The notes: a model not told the origin generated them from the letters alone. A stretch of DNA of 64,000 nt from an uncultured archaeon (GCA_964347045.1 CAYFXC010000001.1:64001-128000), one strand, 5' to 3'; counted from the stretch's first letter, positions 39,212-49,751 are shown. Numbers and translations are program-made.

Positions 39212-39871
39212 TTAAAGAAGCAACAATAAGAGATTAGATATGAGAATGTAAATACTCCCAAACGCAACTAGATTTAAAGAAAGCGTTCTTAACGATCCCC
39301 CCACAGTCTGGTTGAAACTATATCCTGTTACAATGACGGTTAAAAATGATGCAATTAGAATATAAAATGAAAGTGAAGATGGAAAAATCTCTGTACTGAA
39401 CCATAGACCTTGATAAAACGCGAGAGTAAGAAGGGGGGCTATTGCCGCAATCATTCCAATGACGACTGAGGAGACAAACGAAAGTACCAATACTTTCACC
39501 TTTTGACTGCTAATCAAATTTTTCCTGTTTTTTGTCATTGCACTATTTTTTCTTACATGCCGAAGGACTTGTAACATTCTTTCTCCCCCAGCCACCGAGC
39601 CCTTGTCGACGAAACGACCTAATAATTCAAGTAGACGTGCATTTCGACTATTATCGTACTTAATCACTAAATCCGACCAAGCAACACGAAAGGATTTTGT
39701 TCCGTTTATAATACAATTCATTGCCTCAATGATATTTTTGGGTGTTTGCTTCCTAAAATAGTGTGAAGTTCTAAGTAATGCATATTCCGGGCTAGATCCT
39801 GAGGCAAGCTCTGTTGATAGATGTGTAAGGAAGTCTAAGAATTGGTCAAATTCATCGTCATGTGAATGCAT
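39212..39871 (-). CDS. Pilus platform membrane protein (TadB/C, T2SSF-like)
   Basis: LSTELASGSSPEYAL motif and C-terminal TMs; start at ATG 39871. Confidence 0.72.
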   Translation of the reverse strand: MHSHDDEFDQFLDFLTHLSTELASGSSPEYALLRTSHYFRKQTPKNIIEAMNCIINGTKSFRVAWSDLVIKYDNSRNARLLELLGRFVDKGSVAGGERMLQVLRHVRKNSAMTKNRKNLISSQKVKVLVLSFVSSVVIGMIAAIAPLLTLAFYQGLWFSTEIFPSSLSFYILIASFLTVIVTGYSFNQTVGGSLRTLSLNLVAFGSIYILISNLLLLLL

Positions 39872-39876
39872 CTTTT

Positions 39877-40662
39877 CTACTCTCCTAGAAGTATCATTTC
39901 TTTGGGTAGAAGTGTTGAAACCATTATCTTTGCTAGGACAAACTGAAAGACAGGAAGAAGAAGAACCATTGGATGGTTCGCTAGACCTCGTATCGCTACT
40001 CCCATAATGAAAATAATTGGTAAAAATACCAAGATACCTGCAATTACCATCATCCGGCTCTCCCATTGCATTGTTCGTCTTTCATATCGTCTTTGTAAAT
40101 CTTCATGAGCATCATTTATTGCTGCTTCAAGATTAGTTGTTGAAGATTCAACGAATTGGATGAAAGTCAGTAGTCCTCTTCGTAACGTCATTGAAGGCTG
40201 ACTAATTGCATATTGTCGTAACAGTTGTTCGGGAGGTAAACCGTAATTCAGAGGAGTTATCATTTCAGAGAATGCGGATGAAATTGTACCATAATCGCCT
40301 TTTGATACATACTCTATTGATTCAAAAACGGAACCTGTAGTACGAAAAAGCGTGGATAATTCTTCTAGAACATGGGGGGTTGATTTTTCAATTTGAATCA
40401 ACTGTTTTTGATACTTGGAATGAACACTATTCAAGAGAATCAAACAACTCATTAGACCTATCGTAATTCCTAAAACGAGGGCACTAAGTATTGTCAGGAA
40501 AAAACTTAGAAGAAGAGTGCTTACGCCAAGGCTTGTCAAACCTACTACTATTATGCCACCGATAAGATGGCTGGGGTTCAAAGTTGTTTGATAGAGAAAC
40601 TCAATTGCTTCAGAAAACTCTGTAGTTGCAAATCGTTTGAATAAGGAGTGGTTTCCAGGCAC
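39877..40662 (-). CDS. Pilus platform membrane protein (TadB/C-like)
   Basis: N-terminal TMs, TPHVLEELSTL..TGSVFESIEYVS, C-terminal TMs. Confidence 0.72.
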   Translation of the reverse strand: MPGNHSLFKRFATTEFSEAIEFLYQTTLNPSHLIGGIIVVGLTSLGVSTLLLSFFLTILSALVLGITIGLMSCLILLNSVHSKYQKQLIQIEKSTPHVLEELSTLFRTTGSVFESIEYVSKGDYGTISSAFSEMITPLNYGLPPEQLLRQYAISQPSMTLRRGLLTFIQFVESSTTNLEAAINDAHEDLQRRYERRTMQWESRMMVIAGILVFLPIIFIMGVAIRGLANHPMVLLLPVFQFVLAKIMVSTLLPKEMILLGE

Positions 40663-40675
40663 ACGTTTTCCAATA

Positions 40676-42739
40676 TTAGCCAGTATAGTGATATAATCGA
40701 AAATTGTCGCCTCCTTTGTTTTTCATTGGTAATTTTATCATGTTTTGTGTTACTGGGGTTTTGTCTGCGTATGCTGCGTCGAATGCTGAAACAATAGCCT
40801 TTGGATCATACACCTCATTGGAGACAAGTGTTGCCAGCGTCTCTCGATAGACCCCTAACCGCTTTCGGATATCACGTTGTGTTAGCTGTTGAAAGCGACA
40901 CGTTCGGGAGATGAGCATCGAATACAAATCAGTGATTCTTTGTTCAAGTTTACCTGATGATTTATTCCATTCAAAAATTTGATTTAGAACCGCCTTTTCT
41001 GACTCAAACTGCACCTCACTAATTTGAGCTACCTTTCGAATTATTTGTCCTTGAACTACTTCTCTTACCATATGAACAAGTAAACCTAGAGATTGAAAAC
41101 ATACCTCTGGTATCTCATGATGTATTTGCCAACGTAATAATAGTTCTTCATTGGAATTCGCATGGCATGTTTGAATTCCTCTGATGCCTGCGCTGATTGC
41201 ATGAAACATTGCCGCACTATGTTCTGCAGTTTGTATTTCCCCTAAAAAGACCCAATCAGGAGATCGATGTAAGAGTCGGATAATTTCATTTGATTTCGTT
41301 GATTGAGTTTTACCAAATGAATCGAATGGGTCAACTCGAAACGTTACTTTATGCCTATCTTCTTCATCAACTGTTATACTTTCGAGAGCGTCTTCGATTG
41401 CTATTCGTCTCCAACTGGGAGGAGCTAACAGGTTAATGGCATTTGCCAGAGTTGTTTTTCCTGTTGAAGGTTCACCACTTATTGTGATGTTTATTCGCAG
41501 TGTCATACACAAAATTAGAAATGCTGCTGCTGAAAGTGAAATTGTTCCATTGGCAATCAATTCGGGTATAGTTAAAGTGCGTAATCGAATTTTTCGGATA
41601 TTTAGATGAGGCCCCTCGTAAGCAAGAGGTGGGATATCAATGGCTGCACGAACATGAAATAACTTAGTTTTTAGTTCTGTTTTCAATGATGGATTTTTTT
41701 CATCTAGGGGTCTTCGGCTTTCAAGACGAAGTCGTGTTATGATTCGTGCTAACTCTGATTCTAATGGTACAAGATTTGATTTACATCGGCCCCACTCTGC
41801 ATGGTCAAGATAATATGCTGTTCCAGGTTTATCTAAATAAATTTCTTGAACTTCGTCATCTAGGAGAAGTGGCATAGTTTTTGTAAGATTTAGAGTCTGT
41901 GCTGTAGCGTAGATAGCGAATTTTTTCTGTTCGATGCTTGAGAATTCTTTGAAGTGGGTGATTAAGTATTGTTGGAAGTCAGATATTTTCTGGTTTATTA
42001 GAGTCTCAAGGGTTTGAAGTTTTGTTTCCTCTAATGAGAAAATTTGGTCCTGGGAAGAGAGATTTTGTAAAAAATTCGGCGAAAAAAGTTCATCTAAAGA
42101 AACGACGGCCTGATAGAATTTTTCTAATGGAATTTGAGAGAACTTGAAAATACGTATTCTAAATGGTCCTACTTCATAGGTGTCAAGAAGTTGAAATTGA
42201 TCATCGAATAGTGCAGGATTTGAGGGTCCAATATTTCTTTTTTGAACTTTTAAAAAACCTTTAAGAACAACACTTTGATCTGAAGTATCATCTTCACCAA
42301 GTTGTTTTTTAAAGTGTGAAATCAATCTTGTTCTTTTTAGTGTAGATATGAATTCTTGTATTGCTCGATTTTTAGACGCCTTGAACGTGGTTTCAAGTGT
42401 TTTGTAAGCGGTAAAGGGATCAGTAAGTAATTTGTTCCTAATCTCAGGGTATTGGCGAAAAAGTTCTTTAGCGCGGGGCTCAAATTTAACTATCGTCGAA
42501 ATATATTCTTGTAGAACCTCCATTGAAGTTTGAGGAAGGAAAATAGTTTGATTATGAGAAATAAACTCACATGGAAAAACACCTTCAATGAAGGGTAATA
42601 TTTGGAGAAACTGTTGGCGACAATGTGAACTATTGATAATATCGCCTTTTTCAGGGGTTTGGCATGAACAGATATCACAACTAAAGGTCAGGACTTTTTC
42701 AGCATATTGATTCTTGATTACCTGGAAAGGACAAACCAT
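40676..42739 (-). CDS. Type II/IV secretion ATPase (TadA/CpaF/VirB11 family)
   Basis: PLLLDDEVQEIY, NIRK, GEPSTGKTT, IEDALE, RSPDWVFLGEI, TCHA. Confidence 0.92.
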   Translation of the reverse strand: MVCPFQVIKNQYAEKVLTFSCDICSCQTPEKGDIINSSHCRQQFLQILPFIEGVFPCEFISHNQTIFLPQTSMEVLQEYISTIVKFEPRAKELFRQYPEIRNKLLTDPFTAYKTLETTFKASKNRAIQEFISTLKRTRLISHFKKQLGEDDTSDQSVVLKGFLKVQKRNIGPSNPALFDDQFQLLDTYEVGPFRIRIFKFSQIPLEKFYQAVVSLDELFSPNFLQNLSSQDQIFSLEETKLQTLETLINQKISDFQQYLITHFKEFSSIEQKKFAIYATAQTLNLTKTMPLLLDDEVQEIYLDKPGTAYYLDHAEWGRCKSNLVPLESELARIITRLRLESRRPLDEKNPSLKTELKTKLFHVRAAIDIPPLAYEGPHLNIRKIRLRTLTIPELIANGTISLSAAAFLILCMTLRINITISGEPSTGKTTLANAINLLAPPSWRRIAIEDALESITVDEEDRHKVTFRVDPFDSFGKTQSTKSNEIIRLLHRSPDWVFLGEIQTAEHSAAMFHAISAGIRGIQTCHANSNEELLLRWQIHHEIPEVCFQSLGLLVHMVREVVQGQIIRKVAQISEVQFESEKAVLNQIFEWNKSSGKLEQRITDLYSMLISRTCRFQQLTQRDIRKRLGVYRETLATLVSNEVYDPKAIVSAFDAAYADKTPVTQNMIKLPMKNKGGDNFRLYHYTG

Positions 42740-42838
42740 AATTACCGTGGACTTTGTTCCGAGATTCCTATTTAAAGCAAAAAAATGTCGGAAATAGGAC
42801 TTTAAATTTCATTTACTGAGGATATTTTTGAGACGAAA

Positions 42839-43234
42839 TTGAATCAGAGTTTAGAAAAAATTGTAATAATTGGATTGAACCTAACTCTTCTAGTATCAAT
42901 AGGCATACCTCTGTTGTTTACTACTACCCAAGTTCTTTCACAATCTGAACAAACAATAGAATTTCAACAATTTGTTCAAGATATTGATGAATTAATTCTT
43001 AGAGCAGATCAAAATCGGTCTTATTTAACTACACAAATTATTGTCCCCCCAAATGTGACACTAGAAGCTGTTAGTAATCAACTCGTTTTCAAAGTTTACC
43101 TTGAAAATTGGCACATAATAACACGAACCTACAGATGCTCATTACAAATATCTGGGCTATCTCATTCTGGGTATTATCATCTTTCAATAAATGCCACCGA
43201 GTCAATTATTTTGATAACCTTTCAACGAATATAG
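42839..43234 (+). CDS. Pilin-like / membrane-anchored protein
   Basis: N-terminal QSLE + hydrophobic helix, then beta-rich domain; divergent from the pilus ATPase. Confidence 0.55.
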   Translation: MNQSLEKIVIIGLNLTLLVSIGIPLLFTTTQVLSQSEQTIEFQQFVQDIDELILRADQNRSYLTTQIIVPPNVTLEAVSNQLVFKVYLENWHIITRTYRCSLQISGLSHSGYYHLSINATESIILITFQRI

Positions 43235-43245
43235 GATGTAGTGGA

Positions 43246-43488
43246 ATGCTTCTCTATCAAATATTGAAGCTCATTCTCTATTGTTGGTTTCTTTTACTAA
43301 TTATCCAATCTCTAAGTAATGATTTTCCTACCCTCGTCTTAATTTCAGGCACAATAATTACATCGATGCCATTTGCACTTCTTCTTGCCTGGACTGCGGG
43401 GTCAATAACATTCCAATCGGTGGTTCTCTTTTCCCTATTTGTTCTGATTGTGATTACGCTCCAAATAACCCAACTAACATTAGGGTAA
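43246..43488 (+). CDS. Small hydrophobic membrane protein
   Basis: 80-aa three-TM ORF from ATG 43246. Confidence 0.5.
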   Translation: MLLYQILKLILYCWFLLLIIQSLSNDFPTLVLISGTIITSMPFALLLAWTAGSITFQSVVLFSLFVLIVITLQITQLTLG

Positions 43489-44481
43489 CATACTAAGAAT
43501 GTGTGTCTTCAACAGCTTGGCATAGTGATCTCGTACACTGTACTCTGCAGCGTTTGTTGCCTTGGAAATTAACCGCTGTGTAAGGATTGGTCGGCGTTTT
43601 GCCATCTTCGCAATCAAGAGGTCTGAACTATAAACAACTGCAACAGCAAAGATAAACGGGTTCCTTCCACCTCGTTCAGGAACACTGATTCTACTGAAGA
43701 GCTGGTTAGCGTATTTCACTAAATTCGCTTGATATTCCTGAATTGCCAAACCGGCACGACGTAGCCTTAGGCGTATTATAGCGTGGTTAACAGTCTGTGA
43801 CACAATACGTTGCAAATACTCCTCGCTCAATCTCTTTTTAGGTGCAAGTGGAATCTTTTTCTTCACAGAAAGGGCTTGACGGATAATTGATCGGCTCGTT
43901 ACTCGATGACCAAGCTTCTGAAAGGCATCTGCAATTTCTTGAAGGGTGATAGGTGCGTTTTCTTTGGATTCGCGTACTGCCAACATTAACCCATAGGCCA
44001 TAAGGGTGAGGTGACTTGTGATATCGCTATTTTCGAGCTTCTTGTCCATCTTCTGATAGTAATAGGCCGCTCTATCTTTGATGTTGTCTGATAAAGAAAG
44101 CAGATCGGCGACGCGACTTAGGGATCTTAATGCACGATATGTGGTTTCCCGTTTCGCGATTCGAAGACGTAGGTTGTAATCATATTTGAGCCTTCGGAAT
44201 AATCGCTGCCTTTGTGGCGCTAAAGGTCTACCAGTTCGGTCATAAAAGAAGCGACTAGCCTGATAATCAATGTAGCTCCCCAATCCGCCCACCATGACCG
44301 AACGTTTTCCCAACGCAACATAGGCTTTAGACTGTGAAGAAGAACTTCCATCCTCTTTATGCATCTGGTAAGGTGAACTGACTACTTGTCGCGCTAAGAC
44401 TAGACCACATGCGGCGCAGACGTATTCGCCGTTTGTGAGTATAGCATGTCCTGAACATTCAGTACAAGATAGGCTCTTCAT
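43480..44481 (-). CDS. tfb: Transcription initiation factor IIB family protein (divergent TFB)
   Basis: Zn ribbon CTEC...GEYVCAACGLV, two cyclin repeats (PITLQEIA, GRNP, TQRLIS..AEYSVR). Confidence 0.85.
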   Translation of the reverse strand: MKSLSCTECSGHAILTNGEYVCAACGLVLARQVVSSPYQMHKEDGSSSSQSKAYVALGKRSVMVGGLGSYIDYQASRFFYDRTGRPLAPQRQRLFRRLKYDYNLRLRIAKRETTYRALRSLSRVADLLSLSDNIKDRAAYYYQKMDKKLENSDITSHLTLMAYGLMLAVRESKENAPITLQEIADAFQKLGHRVTSRSIIRQALSVKKKIPLAPKKRLSEEYLQRIVSQTVNHAIIRLRLRRAGLAIQEYQANLVKYANQLFSRISVPERGGRNPFIFAVAVVYSSDLLIAKMAKRRPILTQRLISKATNAAEYSVRDHYAKLLKTHILSMLP

Positions 44482-44485
44482 CTAA

Positions 44486-44523
44486 GCGTCCCTTTGAGCG
44501 GCTTTGTCTGCTCAAAGAGATGC
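44486..44523 (-). promoter_or_regulatory. Strong hairpin just upstream of the tfb start
   Basis: mRNA GCAUC-UCUUUGAGC...GCUCAAAGG-GACGC ending 4 nt before AUG. Confidence 0.55.
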
Positions 44524-44690
44524 AGTTCTTAACCAGGCTTTTGGGAAACGTGGGTCCGTTCTAACGGCGACTAAATTTGCACACGCAGATTCCAGTGTTC
44601 ATTTGAACGATTAGTTCAATCAGAGAGACACATCACCGAAACTATTCAAATAGCATAGCAAAAAGTGCGTTCTTCGAATCTTGACGAGTA

Positions 44691-45041
44691 TCAACCTGAT
44701 ATTGAGAGATATACCGGTTTCTTCAACTTGATGCCGGAAATACTTCGTTTTGCCGTAATACTTCCCTGCAAACCTGAAAAGAAAATCAAATATCTAGTAC
44801 CTGATTTCGTTTTCTCTATTTGGAAAACCTCACCGCGGAGAGTAAGTAGTGCCTGCGTCTTTTTTGGTTTGGTTGTTGTAATTGAGACTTTGACTTTTTG
44901 TCCGCTCTGAAGTGAACCCACGGTATACGGTAATTCAAAATCGACTTGAATTTGTTTTCCGACACCAACAAAATACTGGTAAATTTGGGCCTGAGAGGTT
45001 TCGCGTATATCGATAGTTCCTACACCTGAAACCAAATACAT
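44691..45041 (-). CDS. rpo8: RNA polymerase subunit Rpo8 (RpoG/Rpb8)
   Basis: OB-fold pattern VDFELP...GQKVKVSI...LRGEVFQI...IFFSGL; divergent from the Lsm gene. Confidence 0.72.
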   Translation of the reverse strand: MYLVSGVGTIDIRETSQAQIYQYFVGVGKQIQVDFELPYTVGSLQSGQKVKVSITTTKPKKTQALLTLRGEVFQIEKTKSGTRYLIFFSGLQGSITAKRSISGIKLKKPVYLSISG

Positions 45042-45139
45042 CACCGAACCTTGACGAAATACTCCATAATGTGACTTAACAACATATAAAAACGGATGGA
45101 TAATCACTACTCAAAACCAGAATATATGGAGGACACACT

Positions 45140-45589
45140 ATGTCTCAAAGTACAGGCGCTCGACACTTTTTCAAAGAATTAGCCTCTTTGATAGGAGCCA
45201 CAGTCGTAGTAAGTACTAATACTGGGAAATCTCTTACAGGAAAGATGCGTGGATACGACCCTGCTACGCTAAGTGTTGTTTTAGGCGAAGCTCGAGATAC
45301 TAAAGGAAATCTATTTCATCGCATTCTAATCACTGGGCATACAATTCTAGAACTCGTAAAGACTGAAGATCCTTTTAATTTGAAAGGTTTAGCTGAGCAG
45401 CTTGAGACCCTATTTCCTCCTGGAGAGGTTAGATTTCTCGAAGACGCACGTGTCATCGTTGTGCTTAACAAGGTTCGTGTAACCGAACAAGGAGTAGAAG
45501 GTACAGGACCACTTGCGGACAGAATTAGGAAAGTATACACGCGGTTTGTAGAAGAACAAGAGGCAAAAGAGGAAGAAGGCTCCACCTAA
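45140..45589 (+). CDS. Sm/Lsm protein with C-terminal extension (SmAP3)
   Basis: Sm1 GKSLTGKMRGYD, Sm2 ILITG, C-terminal VRVTEQGVEGTGPLADR. Confidence 0.9.
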   Translation: MSQSTGARHFFKELASLIGATVVVSTNTGKSLTGKMRGYDPATLSVVLGEARDTKGNLFHRILITGHTILELVKTEDPFNLKGLAEQLETLFPPGEVRFLEDARVIVVLNKVRVTEQGVEGTGPLADRIRKVYTRFVEEQEAKEEEGST

Positions 45590-45605
45590 AAATGTCGCGT
45601 TTGCA

Positions 45606-47207
45606 ATGATTGAAATAATTCAAAAGGATTTACTTGCACGAATTGCACGGTTTCGAACCAAGAGTGGCATAGTTGATATACCCACCTTTATTCCAGTAGT
45701 TCACCCTACAAGGGAGCTTATTCCACCACGAATGATGTTCCAAGATTTTGATTGCCAAATAATAGTAACAAATGCATATTTACTCTCCAAGACTGAGAGC
45801 GAAGAAAAAATCCACGACATTCTCGATTTTCCTGGAACAATCATGACCGATTCAGGAGCCTATCAGCTGCTCATTTATGGAGATGTTAAAATTACTCCCG
45901 ACCAAATAATACGGTTTCAAGAGAGAATTGAAACTGACATTGCAGTGATTTTGGATGTTCCAACAGGGGGGAAAGCAACCTATAGGGATGCAGAATTTAC
46001 TGTTGAAGAAACCCTTCGACGCGCGAACGCCTCAATTTCACAACGTAGAAAATCCAAAATTCTTTGGGTTGGTCCTATTCAAGGTGGAACTTACCCAGAT
46101 TTGGTTGCAAGATCAGCTCGCACAATAAGTGAACTAGATTTTTCGATATACGCCATAGGAAGCCCCACTCAACTTATGGAACAATACCAATTCGATAAAC
46201 TAGTCGATTTAGTGTTAACTGCAAAAATGAACATTCCAGTCCACAAACCCGTTCATCTTTTTGGGGCTGGTCATCCTTTGATTTTCCCACTAATTGTGGC
46301 CATGGGCTGTGATATGTTTGATTCTGCGGCTTATGCACTATTTGCTAAACATGATCGAATTCTGACTTCCGAAGGTACATTTCGCCTTGCGGAACTCAAA
46401 GATGAATTCTGTACCTGCCCCACTTGTAGTCAATATACAATTTCTGAAATGAAACAACTGGAAAAAAAGAAACGGATTCAAGTATTGGCTGAACATAATT
46501 TACGAATCTGCCAAAATGAAATTAAAAGAATAAAACACGCTATCAGAGAAGGACGTCTGTGGCGACTGGTTGAAAGTAGGCTTAGTAGTCATCCCGCATT
46601 AGTAGATGCAATGCAAAGACTACAATCATATCAACCCCTCTTTGAAGAAGCCTCGCCTATCACGAAAAAACGAGCAATCTATATCACTAGCCCGTGGTCA
46701 CTTTACCAACCTGAAATTTACCGTCATAAGAAACGTATGGAAGATTATTCTCCACCCGAACCAAAGCGAAATGTACTTCTTCTATTTTCAGCTTCTCGAA
46801 ATGGTCCTTATCATTCTGCAAAAGAATATACTCGCTTCAAAAATGAATACAAGAAAATTTCGCCTGAATCTTTCCAATCGTTTGACACAATTTTTGTCTC
46901 GCCTATTTTTGGTTTAGTTCCGCTGGAATTAACCAACTATTATCCACTGGCACAAAATGTGGTCCCTCAAACCGATTTAGCCAACCTTGATTACTCGATC
47001 ATTGCTCAGTTAAAATCATATCTAACAGAAAATCTGCAATATATTCAGATTTTTGGGCTATTTGGGCAATCTGCATTCTGGCAATCATTCAAACGAAGAT
47101 GTAAGCAAATGCTTAAACAATTTCAAAAGAAATTCATGCTATCAACCACAGATTTCAGTTCGAAGTCTTTGAAAACATTAATCTCGAAGATTGCTCTTGA
47201 ATTGTAA
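45606..47207 (+). CDS. tgtA: Archaeosine tRNA-guanine(15) transglycosylase
   Basis: MTDSGAYQL, LDVPTG, GPIQGG, HLFGAGHP, GCDMFDSAAY, CTCPTC. Confidence 0.95.
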   Translation: MIEIIQKDLLARIARFRTKSGIVDIPTFIPVVHPTRELIPPRMMFQDFDCQIIVTNAYLLSKTESEEKIHDILDFPGTIMTDSGAYQLLIYGDVKITPDQIIRFQERIETDIAVILDVPTGGKATYRDAEFTVEETLRRANASISQRRKSKILWVGPIQGGTYPDLVARSARTISELDFSIYAIGSPTQLMEQYQFDKLVDLVLTAKMNIPVHKPVHLFGAGHPLIFPLIVAMGCDMFDSAAYALFAKHDRILTSEGTFRLAELKDEFCTCPTCSQYTISEMKQLEKKKRIQVLAEHNLRICQNEIKRIKHAIREGRLWRLVESRLSSHPALVDAMQRLQSYQPLFEEASPITKKRAIYITSPWSLYQPEIYRHKKRMEDYSPPEPKRNVLLLFSASRNGPYHSAKEYTRFKNEYKKISPESFQSFDTIFVSPIFGLVPLELTNYYPLAQNVVPQTDLANLDYSIIAQLKSYLTENLQYIQIFGLFGQSAFWQSFKRRCKQMLKQFQKKFMLSTTDFSSKSLKTLISKIALEL

Positions 47208-47237
47208 CTAGATACGAGAATCAGGATTAATTAGAAG

Positions 47238-47344
47238 TGGTGCCGCGTCGGGGAATTTCTCCAAGAAGAATCACCCAAAAGGATTCGAACCCCGGTCCTA
47301 AGGTCGAGAGCCTCAGATGATTGACCTGGCTACACTAACGCGGC
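47238..47344 (-). tRNA. tRNA-Glu(CTC) with 29-nt T-loop intron (about 47255-47283)
   Basis: GCCGCGT/ACGCGGC acceptor, CCA, TGAGG-CTCTCGA-CCTTA; removing the insertion restores CGGGG-TTCGAAT-CCCCG; 78 nt spliced. Confidence 0.9.
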
Positions 47345-47487
47345 TGTAAAGAATGAGTTTTAGCAACGGCTTTTTAAATTTTCGACAAGGTTGATATGAA
47401 GAATACCCCACACTTTCACACCTACAAAATCCTAATAGCCTACCAAAAGTATCGCGATATCATCATGAATAACCGGAGGAAAAAAAC

Positions 47488-47697
47488 TTGGGTAAAGTTA
47501 GAACAGTTTTAGTAAAGCGGCTTTCAAGAGAGCTGGTTGAACGGTATTCGGATAGCTTTTCAACGGATTTTGATCAAAATAAAGAAGTTGTAGATGAACT
47601 TCTCACTAATACAACTAAAAGACTAAGAAATCGAATTGCTGGATATGTAACACGATTAATGATTATTCGGCAAGACGAAGATGTTATTGTAGCTTGA
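47488..47697 (+). CDS. rps17e: 30S ribosomal protein S17e
   Basis: MGKVRT..VKR...FSTDFDQNK...KRLRNRIAGYVT. Confidence 0.97.
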   Translation: MGKVRTVLVKRLSRELVERYSDSFSTDFDQNKEVVDELLTNTTKRLRNRIAGYVTRLMIIRQDEDVIVA

Positions 47698-47769
47698 TTG
47701 AATTTTTAGGTTACTAATAGAGATTAGGCAATCTCAACAAATTGAAACGCGCTAAACGGAGTCTTATCA

Positions 47770-48630
47770 ATGGGAATTATTATCGACGCTCCACAATTAC
47801 GGATGGAAATCAAGTTTGTTTCAATAGAATCTCTTTTTAAACATGAGAAAACAATCCCTACAGCGCTTGAACAACTTAAACAGGAACTTCTGGATGAACA
47901 AATTCTAAAACACCCAATAATCGTTGATGCTGACACCTATGTTGTTCTAGATGGTATGCACCGAGTTGCGGCCCTAGAAAAGCTTGAATGCAAAATCGCC
48001 CCTGTTAGCTTTGTTGATTACCAGAATACAGCTATTGAATTGTTTGCTTGGTATAGAGAATTCGATGGAAATCTTCCATTTAGTAATCTACTAGAAACAA
48101 TTACTTTGGAAGGAAAGTATGATCAACTCAAAATCTCTTCAATACAAGCATATAAGGTAGTAAATACACGGGATGCAATGACAGCTCTTGCCAATGGAAA
48201 AACAGCATTTGCACTTATACCGAAAATTTCACTAACAATTAAAGAGATTTACGACAAGATTGCTGCAATTGAAGTCTTTGCCCAAAAAATGGGCTATAGT
48301 GTGATTTATAGTACTGAAGCGGATGCTCTCAAAAGTATTGAATCAGGTAACCGGCCTGTGCTAATCGTTCCCTCACTAACTAAAGACGAAGTCGTCCATT
48401 ATGCATTACAACACCAACTTTTCGCGCAAAAAACTACTCGTCATGTGGTACCAGCGCGACCATTATTCACAAATGTTCCTCTCTCGTGGTTGAAAACGGC
48501 GAATCTTAAGAAAGCAAACAAACAATTATTTGCTTATCTTAATTCAAAGCAAATAATAAAGAAAGATCCTGGATCTATCATCGATGGTCGTCGATACGAA
48601 GAGCCAGCGTATGTTTTTTCGGATTCTTAA
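47770..48630 (+). CDS. ParB/Srx N-terminal domain protein
   Basis: HE...HPIIVD..TYVVLDGMHRVAAL; C-terminal KTTRHV. Confidence 0.8.
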   Translation: MGIIIDAPQLRMEIKFVSIESLFKHEKTIPTALEQLKQELLDEQILKHPIIVDADTYVVLDGMHRVAALEKLECKIAPVSFVDYQNTAIELFAWYREFDGNLPFSNLLETITLEGKYDQLKISSIQAYKVVNTRDAMTALANGKTAFALIPKISLTIKEIYDKIAAIEVFAQKMGYSVIYSTEADALKSIESGNRPVLIVPSLTKDEVVHYALQHQLFAQKTTRHVVPARPLFTNVPLSWLKTANLKKANKQLFAYLNSKQIIKKDPGSIIDGRRYEEPAYVFSDS

Positions 48631-48752
48631 CAGCGTTTTTTACGGATTATATTACCTTCTTGGAGAATTTACCTTAAATTAGAATCGAGTAGAGGGTGAT
48701 TATGAAATTAATGACCTTTTGTACTATTCCTCAACATAATTTCTGATAATCA

Positions 48753-49751
48753 ATGTCACGTTTATCGATTGAAAAACTCGTCTCTAAGCTTTTACGCGGT
48801 TTAGAGACACGTAATATTAACTTTATACTATCAGAAAACGCTCTCGGGTGTAATTTCACCGAAGTGTATCTTACTGAAGCCCGTGAACTAATTCTTTTTC
48901 ATAGAAATCAGTTGGACACCGTTTCGATTCAGTGGATATTACAAATAAGAACCCCAATAAACACAAGAATCACAATCTTCACAACGGATGTCTCAATATT
49001 AAGAACCCAGTTGATGAATGCTATTAAAAAACTCCAACAAGAAGGGTTGGAAATTACTCAACCTGAAGATGCAATTTCCATCCTAGGTTTAACCGAAGCT
49101 AATATCCAATATCTTCTCGATTCACTCAAAAATTCAACCATGTCAAAATCGAAGGGAAAACCGGTTTCCCTCAATCAAACCTCCTCTTCATATCTAAAAA
49201 AAGAAAACCGTGATTTAAATGATCAAAAATTCAAAAACTTGCGCACACACTTACAAACTGCAATCAAAACCTATTGGACTGGGCGATACTTCGCTAGATA
49301 CCTGAATATTCCTTTGCAGAAAGTAAAAGAACTTGCTACACGAATTGGAATCCAACATGAGCTGTGCGGAAATGAAACTTTGTATTTTTTTGATAGAAAT
49401 AAGGCGTTGAGGACATACTTTGCACATATTATTAAAGGCATTTTGGATGAAATGGATCTGAAATATCGAGAGACATCTACACACGATTTTTTCTTACCTG
49501 ATATCAACATGGCACTACGTTTTTTTGACGGTGAGATAGAACAGCTCAACAACCAGGCTGACCGACATACTCAAAATCCTAATTTGATAGTTATTATTCC
49601 AGAAGCATTACGAAACAATGTAGAGCAATTTCAAGACAACAGTTTGCTGGTTTTGCCTTTAAATCAAGATAAGATTAAGAGCGCGCTAATTAAGGTCGTT
49701 CAGCAAAGAGTCTATTTTATTCCAGCCTATTCCTCAGGTCTAATTCATTAG
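48753..49751 (+). CDS. Hypothetical protein
   Basis: 332-aa ORF; possible internal HTH (YFARYLNIPLQKVKELA). Confidence 0.6.
   Translation: MSRLSIEKLVSKLLRGLETRNINFILSENALGCNFTEVYLTEARELILFHRNQLDTVSIQWILQIRTPINTRITIFTTDVSILRTQLMNAIKKLQQEGLEITQPEDAISILGLTEANIQYLLDSLKNSTMSKSKGKPVSLNQTSSSYLKKENRDLNDQKFKNLRTHLQTAIKTYWTGRYFARYLNIPLQKVKELATRIGIQHELCGNETLYFFDRNKALRTYFAHIIKGILDEMDLKYRETSTHDFFLPDINMALRFFDGEIEQLNNQADRHTQNPNLIVIIPEALRNNVEQFQDNSLLVLPLNQDKIKSALIKVVQQRVYFIPAYSSGLIH

Noticed and set aside
47770-48630. ParB partition protein
   Set aside because: Only the ParB/Srx domain is evident, with no HTH or parA neighbour; more likely a stand-alone enzyme
48697-48752. Possible sixth 9-bp cluster / imperfect inverted repeat
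   Set aside because: Only two degenerate units in an AT-rich spacer; not distinguishable from chance by eye
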